Assembly (NCBI GenBank): GCA_023378805.1
Contig: JAMCSQ010000044.1
Location: forward strand, 1 to 49,520
Origin: Candidatus Parvarchaeota archaeon
Lineage (GTDB): Archaea > Nanobdellota > Nanobdellia > Parvarchaeales > Parvarchaeaceae
DNA: 49,520 bases
Direction: 5' to 3'
Shown here: piece after piece, positions 36,024 through 44,197 of the stretch
Layout of the letters: the number at the start of each line of letters is the position of its first letter
Position numbering within the stretch: position 1 is the first letter of the stretch
The notes under the pieces: generated by a model
The model's input: only the letters and a program-made list of their open reading frames with translations
Told to the model about the DNA's origin: nothing
Database searches by the model: none
Program-made: the position numbers and the translations under genes

Positions 36024-36799
36024 ATACCCCTCCTTGGAGCTAGACTCATCTTTTCAGTTTCATCTCTTAATTCTTTACCTGCATAATGTATAAAAACGTT
36101 TTCCAAAGTCGCATTTTTCCCTAGTTTTTTCTTAAGATTCTTAGGGGTATCACAGGCCATTAAATTACCATGATCTATCAGTGCAATTCTGTCAGAAAGT
36201 TCGTCTGCATCCTGCATTATATGTGTTGTAAGTATTATAGTACTCCCTTTTCTGTTTATGTCCTTTATTTTTTTCTTTATAAACGAAACGGTTATTGGGT
36301 CTAGACCAACAGTTGGCTCATCCAAAAAGAATACTTTTGGCTCGTTCAGCAGAACCCTAACAAGGTCTAATCTCCTCTTCATACCTAAAGAAAATGTGCC
36401 TACGGGCCTTTTTCTGAATTTTGACAGCGCAAACTCTTCCAAACCAACTGTTATCCTTTCCTCGAGCTCTTTCCTGTTTATTCCGTATAATCTTCCAAAA
36501 AACATTAAATTCTCTTCTGCAGTAAGCGGTGGATACATAGTAACCTTTTCCGTTATAACTCCTATAGACTTTCTAACTTCTAATGCGTCTTTTATTACAT
36601 CATACCCAAGTACAGATGCATATCCGCTTGTAGGCTTTATCAATGTAGTAAGCATGCTTATCAAAGTAGTTTTTCCAGCTCCATTTGGACCAAGAATGCC
36701 GAATATCTCTCCTTTTTTTACTTTTAAACTAATTGCATTATCAGCAGTAAACTCTCCGAATTTCTTCGTCAGTTTATCTGCGATTATAGAATATTCCAT
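36020..36799 (-). CDS. ABC transporter ATP-binding protein
   Basis: Walker A 'GPNGAGKTT', signature 'FSLGMKRR', Walker B 'VFFLDEPTVGLD', H-loop 'TTHIM'. Confidence 0.9.
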   Translation of the reverse strand: MEYSIIADKLTKKFGEFTADNAISLKVKKGEIFGILGPNGAGKTTLISMLTTLIKPTSGYASVLGYDVIKDALEVRKSIGVITEKVTMYPPLTAEENLMFFGRLYGINRKELEERITVGLEEFALSKFRKRPVGTFSLGMKRRLDLVRVLLNEPKVFFLDEPTVGLDPITVSFIKKKIKDINRKGSTIILTTHIMQDADELSDRIALIDHGNLMACDTPKNLKKKLGKNATLENVFIHYAGKELRDETEKMSLAPRRGM

Positions 36800-36801
36800 G
36801 A

Positions 36802-37569
36802 TTATTCTGCTTTAAGCCATTTCCTAGATAAAAATGCTCCTATCCCCAAAAATAGAAAACAGAATATAACCAGATACAGAAGGAACAGAAAGTTTGTAGG
36901 GGTATTCAGCACAAATGACCTGCCTAATCCAGCAGCGAATGATAAGGGATTTACTGAGCTTATATCTCTCATCCATCCAGGAAATATGGTGGAAGGGAAA
37001 AGTGCAGTGCTTGAAAACATAAGCGGCAGATTTATGAGATTAGAAACGACTCCGGGAGTCTGCCAGTCATTAGAACGCATTGTTATTATTGAATATATTG
37101 ATGCCATGCCTACACCTAAAAGAAGCAGACCCAAGATCCAGACTACTAAGCTCAATATATTCAAGTGAAAGACAACACCGAAGGCAAGACTTACAAGCAT
37201 CATTATCGGGATAGACAGCAAACCCCTTGTAGACGCCCCAAAAACTTTTCCGAAGAAGATAGATTCCTTTGGTGCTTTTGTAACAAGTATCCTCTTCAAA
37301 AATCCGAACCTTTTGTCTTGTATCATACTCATTGAACTAAACATGCCTACAAATATCATAGAAGCTGCAAGCTCACCCGGGAGCAAAAAAGCTATATAAT
37401 TTGTGGTGTGGAAAAAACTGGATAAAAAACTCGATGGAACGTGCGAAAAACTGCTACCGAAAAAAACCAGCCACATTATAGGTTGTACTATCATCATAGC
37501 TACAACTGCCTTGTTCCTAAAGGTTTTCTTAACTTCCCTGATAAATAAGGCCCAGGTTTCCTGTATCAT
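36802..37569 (-). CDS. ABC-2 type transporter permease
   Basis: 255 aa, six hydrophobic helices. ATGA overlap with the upstream ATPase gene (37566-37569). Confidence 0.75.
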   Translation of the reverse strand: MIQETWALFIREVKKTFRNKAVVAMMIVQPIMWLVFFGSSFSHVPSSFLSSFFHTTNYIAFLLPGELAASMIFVGMFSSMSMIQDKRFGFLKRILVTKAPKESIFFGKVFGASTRGLLSIPIMMLVSLAFGVVFHLNILSLVVWILGLLLLGVGMASIYSIITMRSNDWQTPGVVSNLINLPLMFSSTALFPSTIFPGWMRDISSVNPLSFAAGLGRSFVLNTPTNFLFLLYLVIFCFLFLGIGAFLSRKWLKAE

Positions 37570-38534
37570 TGCATGTTCCTCCGTACCATTGAATAAAACT
37601 TGCGGTAATCTACTGATTCCTCAGTTTCCTTTATAGTTGAGCCGGTTAACTTTAAGAATACGCTGTCTAGACTTGGAGTTATAAGGTTTATTGATTTAAG
37701 ATTTTCCAGATTTATTGACCTGAGTACATCAAGCATGTTATCCTTTGAGCTTATTTCTATCAAGATTTTGTTTTTATTTTTTTCTAATATATGAAAATTC
37801 TTTAATGATGAAATATCAAAACCATTGTTAACTTCCAGGCTTACTGCATACCCCCCTGCCTTCTGCTTTAATTCGGTTGGTGACCCCAAAGCTATTATTT
37901 TACCGCGTGATATTATTGCAATCCTGTCACATAACTGGTCCGCTTCTTCCATATAGTGCGTTGTAAGAAATACAGTCACCTTATACTCATTTTTTATGAT
38001 AAGTATAAGATCCCAAAGCATCTTTCTGGTTCCTACATCTAAACCTATCGTAGGTTCATCCATAAATATTACTTCTGGAGAATTCAGCAAGGCCATAGCT
38101 ATCTCCAGTTTCTTTCTCATTCCGGTAGAAAACTTGCCCACGTTTTTGTATTTAAATTCTGTCAATTCAAAGTATCTCAAAAGATTATCGGCATTTTCTT
38201 CCCAATTTGTTATCCCCTGCAAAGCAGCTTGCAAACCCAGATTTTCCCATGCATTCAAATCATCATCGAGTATTATTTCTGCAGAGACCCACCCTATGTT
38301 TCTTTTAACTTCTTTTTGCTGCTTGATTATGTCATAACCTGCTACAGATGCATTTCCGCTTGTTGGGGGACTTAAAGTAGTAAGCAGCTTTATAGTAGTA
38401 GTTTTTCCTGCTCCATTTGGACCAAGCAGGCCGAATATTTCTCCTTTCTTAACAGCAAAGGATATGTTATCTACGGCCTTAAAATTGCCGTATTGTTTGC
38501 TAAGGTTTCTCACGTCAACAGTTATTTCATCCAT
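37566..38534 (-). CDS. ABC transporter ATP-binding protein (DrrA-like, with C-terminal domain)
   Basis: Walker A 'GPNGAGKTT', signature 'FSTGMRKK', Walker B 'VIFMDEPTIGLD', H-loop 'TTHYM', extra ~90-aa C-terminal domain. Confidence 0.9.
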   Translation of the reverse strand: MDEITVDVRNLSKQYGNFKAVDNISFAVKKGEIFGLLGPNGAGKTTTIKLLTTLSPPTSGNASVAGYDIIKQQKEVKRNIGWVSAEIILDDDLNAWENLGLQAALQGITNWEENADNLLRYFELTEFKYKNVGKFSTGMRKKLEIAMALLNSPEVIFMDEPTIGLDVGTRKMLWDLILIIKNEYKVTVFLTTHYMEEADQLCDRIAIISRGKIIALGSPTELKQKAGGYAVSLEVNNGFDISSLKNFHILEKNKNKILIEISSKDNMLDVLRSINLENLKSINLITPSLDSVFLKLTGSTIKETEESVDYRKFYSMVRRNMQ

Positions 38535-38535
38535 A

Positions 38536-39054
38536 TCACTTTAGTATACTGTGCAGCCTACTATCTATTTTTTCCAGTGTTTTCTTGTTTTCCTTACTGA
38601 GAAGCTTTTCCTTTTCAAATATAAACTCAGATAAGTTATCTAGAGTCTCTATTGTTTCGTCTATGCTTGTGCTTTCATCCTTATTCATGAATGAAGAAGC
38701 AGACCTCCAGGGGAACCATGAGCTGTCTAGGTACTCTTTTCCTCTATCAGTGATCAAATAATATTTTTTATTGTCTTTTTGTTCTACTTTTACAAAACCG
38801 CTTTCAGATAGGTATTTTAATATCGAATAAATACTGCCTGGCGAAGGCCTCCAAAAGCCAAAACTCATTTCATAGATTTTATCTATCATCTGTGCACCAG
38901 TCATTTTCTCCTTTGAAACAAGCATTAATATCCAATACTTTATCCCAAACCCACGGCTTATACCATGCATGGAATGTGCAATTTTATGTACTATATTTGG
39001 GTCTATATTGAACCCAAAATTTATTTCATTAAAATTATCTTCTTTGTTTTTCAT
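38536..39054 (-). CDS. PadR family transcriptional regulator
   Basis: 'ILMLVSKEKMTGAQMIDKIYEMSFGFWRPSPGSIYSILKYLSESGFVKV...YYLITDRGKEYL' is the PadR winged-helix pattern. Its stop lies 1 nt before the ABC ATPase start. Confidence 0.8.
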   Translation of the reverse strand: MKNKEDNFNEINFGFNIDPNIVHKIAHSMHGISRGFGIKYWILMLVSKEKMTGAQMIDKIYEMSFGFWRPSPGSIYSILKYLSESGFVKVEQKDNKKYYLITDRGKEYLDSSWFPWRSASSFMNKDESTSIDETIETLDNLSEFIFEKEKLLSKENKKTLEKIDSRLHSILK

Positions 39055-39069
39055 ATTTTATACCTTACA

Positions 39070-39086
39070 ATATCGTTTTACGATAT
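39070..39086. promoter_or_regulatory. Perfect 7-3-7 palindrome, candidate PadR operator
   Basis: 'atatcgt-ttt-acgatat', 16 nt upstream of the PadR ATG. It sits between that ATG and the TATA-like 'tttaaata'/'aatatat' tracts of the minus-strand promoter. A related 'atatcgat' lies at 39161-39168. Confidence 0.4.
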
Positions 39087-39133
39087 CTATTAAAGATATA
39101 TTTAATATTTAAATACTTTTCTACAACTACATA

Positions 39134-39175
39134 AAAAATTTTATATACTATAACTGCGTTATATCGATTAGGTGA
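39134..39175 (+). promoter_or_regulatory. Candidate BRE/TATA promoter and SD for the superoxide dismutase gene
   Basis: 'aaaaattttatatac' (39134-39148) resembles purine-rich BRE + TATA. 'aggtga' (39170-39175) lies 4 nt before the ATG at 39180. Confidence 0.35.
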
Positions 39176-39179
39176 TTTT

Positions 39180-39800
39180 ATGGCAAACTACGATGATCAG
39201 TATGATGTACAGAAATTAAATTATAAATCTCTGGAAGGATTTTCTGAAAAACAGATAAGCTTTCATCACGATGTTCATTATGCTGGCTACGTCAAAAAGA
39301 GAAATGAAGTACACGGCAAGCTAAAAACAGTCGATAAAGCCAATGCAAATGCAAATTATAGTGAGTTTAGATCATTAAAAAAAGAGGAGACATTTAATGC
39401 CAGTGGGCAGTTGCTTCATGAACTATATTTTGAAATGTTTGGTGGAGATGGGAAATACTCAGAGGATATGCCTCTTATAAAAAAAATAAATGAAGACTTT
39501 GGGAATTTTGAAAATTTTAAGCTAGATATGATGGCAACCGCAAAGGCGGCTAGGGGATGGGCAATACTTGCAATAGACCCAACTGATAACAAGCTTAGAA
39601 CCTTTTTGGCAGATGTACACAATGATGGAGCAGTATGGGGTTCAATACCTATAATAGCTTTGGACGTTTACGAACATGCCTTTTACGTTGACTATGGGCC
39701 AGACAAAGCTAAGTATCTAGAGCCATTTTTCAATAATTTAGACTGGAAAAAACTAAATGAAAGGTTTGTTAAATTCCAGAACGTTTACAAAAAGCAGTAA
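39180..39800 (+). CDS. sod: Fe/Mn superoxide dismutase
   Basis: 'ISFHHDVHYAGYV' (first two His ligand region) and 'LDVYEHAFYVDY' (D-x-x-E-H ligand motif). 206 aa. Confidence 0.85.
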   Translation: MANYDDQYDVQKLNYKSLEGFSEKQISFHHDVHYAGYVKKRNEVHGKLKTVDKANANANYSEFRSLKKEETFNASGQLLHELYFEMFGGDGKYSEDMPLIKKINEDFGNFENFKLDMMATAKAARGWAILAIDPTDNKLRTFLADVHNDGAVWGSIPIIALDVYEHAFYVDYGPDKAKYLEPFFNNLDWKKLNERFVKFQNVYKKQ

Positions 39801-39821
39801 TTAATAGATAATGGCCTAAAT

Positions 39822-40127
39822 TTACTCTTTAACTTCACATATTCTATATGTTAAGCCAAAGGAGTACTTACATGCAAGATTACTAATCTTATTTTTTAAT
39901 TCGTATTTGTTTGAAACGGTGTAAAAATTAACGCCAATCGCGACAGTCAGGGGATTTAAAATTTTATAGCTTGAAGAATAAATCAATGAATCTTTTATCA
40001 AATCACCCTTAAAATCATTAGCTTTTGAAAAAACATCCAGATTTGGCCTGCCAAATAACGTTAAACTGCAATCAAATAGAAGCTCTTCTAAACTTCCATT
40101 TTTTTGATTTTGTACCATTCTAAACAC
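39822..40127 (-). CDS. Hypothetical protein (weak)
   Basis: 101-aa ORF starting at GTG 40127 or ATG 40118. No recognisable motif. Coding status uncertain. Confidence 0.3.
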   Translation of the reverse strand: MFRMVQNQKNGSLEELLFDCSLTLFGRPNLDVFSKANDFKGDLIKDSLIYSSSYKILNPLTVAIGVNFYTVSNKYELKNKISNLACKYSFGLTYRICEVKE

Positions 40128-40331
40128 TCCTTTAATTCTTTTTCACTATGACGTGATCTTTACTTTCCTGCAATCTCCTTTATAAAAATAATCATTCTTG
40201 TAATATATAATTTAAGTAATTTTTCGATATCTAATAAGTCCTTTTGCATATTTTAATTTAATTACTTTTTAATTGTGAATTAATGACAAGTTCTAGTATA
40301 AATAATTAACTACTTTTAACAGTTAACTAAA

Positions 40332-40838
40332 CTAAGAAGGACTCTTATAATCGGATAACCTAATACTAGTTGCCGCTACAATTTTTTTAAATGATTCTTT
40401 ATCTAGATCTTTTATAACACCATAATTCAAGTATACTTTGTAATCACCAGAATGTAAATGTTTAATATATGCAGCGGGTATGACTTTTCTGTTCATTTTT
40501 ACGCCGAAGTACTCTTTCTCATAAGTATTATATCTTGTTACGTAGATCCCTGACATGTAAAACAAAGGAATGCTGTCATGCATAACACCGCTATTGTAAT
40601 CGGATGCGCCTCCGCTTGTTATTATATAATCACTTGATTTTCCGGGGAACCTTGAATCTTCCTTCCTATCTCTTACGAGATCAATTTTTATATTCTTAAA
40701 GTAATTAGATATGTCAATATATGGAAATTCTAATATATTCTCAGGATCTTCTTTTTTCAAATCCTCAAGAATTAAATCAAGATTTTTCCTTAATGTATCC
40801 ATCTCTTTAAACGCTTTATTTATATTTTTTCTAAACAT
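40332..40838 (-). CDS. Hypothetical soluble protein downstream of the A2-B2 pair
   Basis: The ORF-track start (40934) is TTG inside the upstream gene. The ATG at 40838 gives the 168-aa 'MFRKNINKAFKEMDTLRKNL...'. No known motif. Confidence 0.5.
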   Translation of the reverse strand: MFRKNINKAFKEMDTLRKNLDLILEDLKKEDPENILEFPYIDISNYFKNIKIDLVRDRKEDSRFPGKSSDYIITSGGASDYNSGVMHDSIPLFYMSGIYVTRYNTYEKEYFGVKMNRKVIPAAYIKHLHSGDYKVYLNYGVIKDLDKESFKKIVAATSIRLSDYKSPS

Positions 40839-40890
40839 GTCTTTTAAAAGGAGATTAATCTTATAAAAACTTTCCCATCTCAAAATAAGA

Positions 40891-41208
40891 TTAATCTGGC
40901 TTATATCTATTTGATATAATATGCGCAAGAGCAAAAAAGAAAAATGAAGTGCCTAAAGCGTACACTAATATACTTAATAAATCAGAATTGTCTAAAAAAT
41001 TAAATAACTGCAACAAATAACCAGCTAAAAATATAAAGTTCATTGAGAGAAATAGTATAAATACGCTGATTGAATTCTTGTTAAGCCTTATCAACTGAAC
41101 GGCTTTTAAGGGGTTTTTATAAAAAGCCCTCGTAAATCTTATTACAGATACAACTATAATCACACCGATAAATGCAATCGAAATCGCTTCATAAACTCCG
41201 TTGCTCAT
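40891..41208 (-). CDS. Small three-TM membrane protein, 'B' type (copy B2)
   Basis: The ATG at 41208-41206 forms an ATGA overlap with the A2 stop, with GGGGGT just upstream. Loop 'RFTRAFYKNPLKAVQLIRLNKNS' follows TM1. Confidence 0.55.
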   Translation of the reverse strand: MSNGVYEAISIAFIGVIIVVSVIRFTRAFYKNPLKAVQLIRLNKNSISVFILFLSMNFIFLAGYLLQLFNFLDNSDLLSILVYALGTSFFFFALAHIISNRYKPD

Positions 41209-41552
41209 AGATACCCCCAAAAAGATTTAGACCATCCGATTATTACATAACTGATAAGAAGATAAGTAACCGTTCCTAAAAGCTCTGCAACTATCTTGAT
41301 GTATTGATTGCTCATAACTGAACCAAATGAATAAACCACAAAGACCACAACAAATAAAATAGAAGCGAATAGGAGAACCGAGAAATTTTTCTTTGAATCT
41401 TTCTCATTTAATGCCCATCTAACTATTGGGGCTTTATCCTGCCTGTGTTTGTAGAGCACATAGATGTTTATTGTGCTCAGAATGGAAATAATCAAACCAT
41501 TTATCACTTCAAACAGTACCCAATAAAAATGAAAATCTTCATATAAGGCCAT
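41205..41552 (-). CDS. Small three-TM membrane protein, 'A' type (copy A2)
   Basis: 115 aa. 'YKHRQDKAPIVRWALNEKDSKK' after TM1. C-terminus 'WSKSFWGYL'. Confidence 0.6.
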   Translation of the reverse strand: MALYEDFHFYWVLFEVINGLIISILSTINIYVLYKHRQDKAPIVRWALNEKDSKKNFSVLLFASILFVVVFVVYSFGSVMSNQYIKIVAELLGTVTYLLISYVIIGWSKSFWGYL

Positions 41553-41600
41553 AGCGTATAAGCTTAATTAAATATTGTAAGTATAAAAATATTTTGTTTA

Positions 41601-41642
41601 ATTTAAATTTAGCTGATTTAAATAGATAATTATTTAAATAGA
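41601..41642. promoter_or_regulatory. Cluster of TATA-box-like elements in a divergent promoter region
   Basis: An 11-nt direct repeat 'atttaaataga' at 41616-41626 and 41632-41642, plus 'atttaaattt' at 41601-41610. Each carries a TTTAAAT(A) core. The last one is centred ~25 nt upstream of the speH ATG (41661), compatible with a near-leaderless mRNA. Confidence 0.35.
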
Positions 41643-41660
41643 ATTCTTCAATAATAAACA

Positions 41661-42107
41661 ATGAGAAAAACCAGTAAAAAATTGGGTTTATTTGAAAGTA
41701 ACCTCCTCCCTGTAGTAGGAAAACACGTTTTCGGCAATCTGTATGATGTAGAGGATTCCATTCTAAAAAACCTTGAATATCTTAAAGAATCGGTAATAGC
41801 TGCGGCAAAGGCAGGAAATCTTCACATAATTGATATAATGGAAAGACAGTTCAACACAATGAATTCCCCGGATCTTGGAGGAGTATCTATAATAGCGTTA
41901 ATAGTTGAAAGCCACATATCATTGCACACTTGGCCTGAAAGCAGGTACGCTACAGTTGATATATATTCCTGCGGGAATGAAAGTAACCCTTCGCTTTCAT
42001 TTGATTACATTGTTTCGATGATGAAGCCTAAAAGCTACAGAGTTTTCAGTGCCGACAGAAGCAATCCGTCGAGTGAAAATGAGACCAAAGTTTTCAATGA
42101 CTTTTAG
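41661..42107 (+). CDS. speH: S-adenosylmethionine decarboxylase proenzyme (pyruvoyl, SpeH type)
   Basis: 'IIALIVESHISLHTWPESRYATVDIYSCG' has the self-processing E-S site and the HTWPE motif. Confidence 0.85.
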   Translation: MRKTSKKLGLFESNLLPVVGKHVFGNLYDVEDSILKNLEYLKESVIAAAKAGNLHIIDIMERQFNTMNSPDLGGVSIIALIVESHISLHTWPESRYATVDIYSCGNESNPSLSFDYIVSMMKPKSYRVFSADRSNPSSENETKVFNDF

Positions 42108-42409
42108 GATAGAGACATAAAAAAGAAGAATAAAGTAAGAGTAGTAAACAATATGATATTACCGTATTCCCATATAAGAGTCATTGGATTACTTAGCGAA
42201 ACAAACGTAGTTATTCCGTAGTTTACTACTAAAACCAAAGTAGTCAGAAAGAAGAATACAAATGCATATTGTTTGTATTTTTTAATGTAAAACGAGGATA
42301 AAAACAAAGTTGGATTCCTATTGAGTTTTTTCCTTAGGATTAATATAAACATTAGCATTAATGTTCCCAAAATCAATAGAATAACTCCATATATAAAATC
42401 GATACTCAT
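42104..42409 (-). CDS. Small three-TM membrane protein, 'B' type (copy B3)
   Basis: 101 aa. Loop 'LRKKLNRNPTLFLSSFYIKKYKQY' after TM1. ATGA overlap with the A3 stop (42406-42409). Its 3' end overlaps the speH 3' end by 4 nt (convergent). Confidence 0.55.
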   Translation of the reverse strand: MSIDFIYGVILLILGTLMLMFILILRKKLNRNPTLFLSSFYIKKYKQYAFVFFFLTTLVLVVNYGITTFVSLSNPMTLIWEYGNIILFTTLTLFFFFMSLS

Positions 42410-42771
42410 AAAAACCTCCTAAAAAGCTTGAACCAGCGGAAAGATATGTATACGACGATAAACAACGCGATTATCCCAAACAGATACGCTGTATAAAAGA
42501 AAACCTTATCAATGCTGTACAATGAAGGATAACTATTAAGTATCTTCTGAAGGAAGGTAAACAACCCTGTTAAAAAAAGCATAAATGAGGGATAAATAAA
42601 CATGTTTAACTCTTTTGTAGCTGAATCTTTATTTAGAAAGAAAGAAGTCAATGGCGCCTTATCTTTTCTATGTTTAAAAATAGCGAAAAAAGTTACACTT
42701 GAAAATACTGAGCTCACAACTCCTCCGATAAAAAGTACAGCGAATATTACTGTGTAGGCGGTGTTTAGCAT
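42406..42771 (-). CDS. Small three-TM membrane protein, 'A' type (copy A3)
   Basis: 121 aa. 'FKHRKDKAPLTSFFLNKDSATK', 'FLTGLFTF', C-terminus 'WFKLFRRFL'. Confidence 0.6.
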   Translation of the reverse strand: MLNTAYTVIFAVLFIGGVVSSVFSSVTFFAIFKHRKDKAPLTSFFLNKDSATKELNMFIYPSFMLFLTGLFTFLQKILNSYPSLYSIDKVFFYTAYLFGIIALFIVVYISFRWFKLFRRFL

Positions 42772-42807
42772 GATACATCTATTAATTAAGCATATTTATA
42801 ATTTTAT

Positions 42808-43251
42808 CTATTCAATTTTAAGAAATGCTAATATCTCTTCTGCATGCTTATCTGGAGAGACTTTTGGGTATATCTTCAGGATTTTGCAATTCTCATCTAA
42901 TATAAATGTCACTCTAGAAGCAACGCCTAACATAGATTTTATTCCAAGTTTCATAACAATCTTTTTATCGGAATCACTTAATAAGGTAAATGGTATGGAG
43001 TATTTACTTTTAAATTTTTTATGAGATTCTATACTGTCAATGCTTATTCCGAACACAGGAATCCCTAAAGATTTAAATGAATTGATATTATCACGGAAGC
43101 TGCATGCCTCTTTTGTACATCCTGGAGTATCATCTTTTGGATAAAAATATACTACGCTTTTTTTGCCCTTTAAATCGGACAAAGAAACTTCTTTTCCATC
43201 GTCTGCTTTAAGCCTGAAATCAGGGAATATATCCCCTTCTTTAACTTCCAT
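42808..43251 (-). CDS. bcp: Peroxiredoxin, Bcp type (thiol peroxidase)
   Basis: 'VVYFYPKDDTPGCTKEACSFRD' has the peroxidatic Cys in PGCT and the resolving Cys 5 residues on. Confidence 0.9.
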   Translation of the reverse strand: MEVKEGDIFPDFRLKADDGKEVSLSDLKGKKSVVYFYPKDDTPGCTKEACSFRDNINSFKSLGIPVFGISIDSIESHKKFKSKYSIPFTLLSDSDKKIVMKLGIKSMLGVASRVTFILDENCKILKIYPKVSPDKHAEEILAFLKIE

Positions 43252-43286
43252 ATAGATATAAAGAAAAACATATATATAAGGATTAT

Positions 43287-43937
43287 ATGTCAGGTTTCGT
43301 TTTACTTGAGCAGAAAAAAGCTGAAATAGTTATAGAGACACTTGAAAACAAATACAAAAATGCGGGTTATTACCTTAATTTTAAGGGGCCTCTGCAACTT
43401 TTAGTTGCTGCGATATTATCTGCACAGACAAAGGATACGGTGGTAAATGAATTAACTCCAGAACTTTTCAGAAGGTACAAAACAGTAGAAGAGTTTGCAG
43501 AAGCTGATCCCTATGAGCTAATAAAATATGTGAAGAGAGTTAGCTTTGCAGAAAACAAGGTAAAACATATAATAAGCTGCTGTCGTATAATAAAAGAAAA
43601 GTACAAGGGGGATGTGCCTAATAAAATAGATGAGTTGCTTTCATTGCCTGGCGTTGGAAGAAAAACAGCAAATACAATTCTTATAAATGCGTTCAACATA
43701 ATAGAAGGCATACCGGTAGACACATGGGTAATAAAACTTTCTTATAGAATGGGATTAAGTAAAAGTAAAAAACCTGATGAAATAGAAAATGACCTTAAAG
43801 GCATTGTTAATAAAAATTATTGGAAGAATTTTGCTTATGTGCTTAAGGAACATGGCCATCAAATCTGCCAATCCATAAAACCGAAATGTGAGATATGTCC
43901 TATAAAAGAACTATGTCCAAAAAATGGGGTTAACTAA
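43287..43937 (+). CDS. nth: Endonuclease III (DNA glycosylase/AP lyase)
   Basis: HhH-GPD 'LLSLPGVGRKTANTILINAF', 'PVDTWVIKL', and the [4Fe-4S] loop 'CQSIKPKCEICPIKELC' (C-x6-C-x2-C-x5-C). Confidence 0.9.
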   Translation: MSGFVLLEQKKAEIVIETLENKYKNAGYYLNFKGPLQLLVAAILSAQTKDTVVNELTPELFRRYKTVEEFAEADPYELIKYVKRVSFAENKVKHIISCCRIIKEKYKGDVPNKIDELLSLPGVGRKTANTILINAFNIIEGIPVDTWVIKLSYRMGLSKSKKPDEIENDLKGIVNKNYWKNFAYVLKEHGHQICQSIKPKCEICPIKELCPKNGVN

Positions 43938-44062
43938 ATATTTATTTTCACTTGGTAATACAGTGAATAATCTAAAATATATAATTTCATCATATAAAAG
44001 AGAGAAAAAAGCAAAAAGTATTTATGTAAGTTATGTTCTATTATAGAGTAGGGGGTTAAAAT

Positions 44063-44158
44063 ATGTCAAGTATAGTTTTAGTAGGTGCAGCGGTTTTGTA
44101 CTTATTGATACTTATCGCTATAATACTTAGAAACAATTCCCTTGCTTCAAGAGTTTAA
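44063..44158 (+). CDS. Possible 31-aa single-TM micro-protein
   Basis: My own translation: 'MSSIVLVGAAVLYLLILIAIILRNNSLASRV'. 'gggggt' lies 7-12 nt upstream of the ATG. It sits in an otherwise empty 260-nt gap. Confidence 0.3.
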   Translation: MSSIVLVGAAVLYLLILIAIILRNNSLASRV

Positions 44159-44197
44159 AGCATCGGAAAATGCGCAGGTATCATTTATTTGTACTTA

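Noticed and set aside
36258-36815. 185-aa plus-strand ORF, the longest antisense ORF
   Set aside because: It lies entirely inside the ABC ATPase gene, whose Walker A, signature and Walker B motifs are unambiguous on the minus strand. The product is Ser/Phe/Ile-rich and low-complexity.
40128-40331. 204-nt gap and the weak ORF 39822..40127, considered as a degraded gene or ncRNA locus
   Set aside because: No repeat, palindrome or frame-shifted homology could be recognised by eye. It is left as a low-confidence hypothetical ORF plus spacer.
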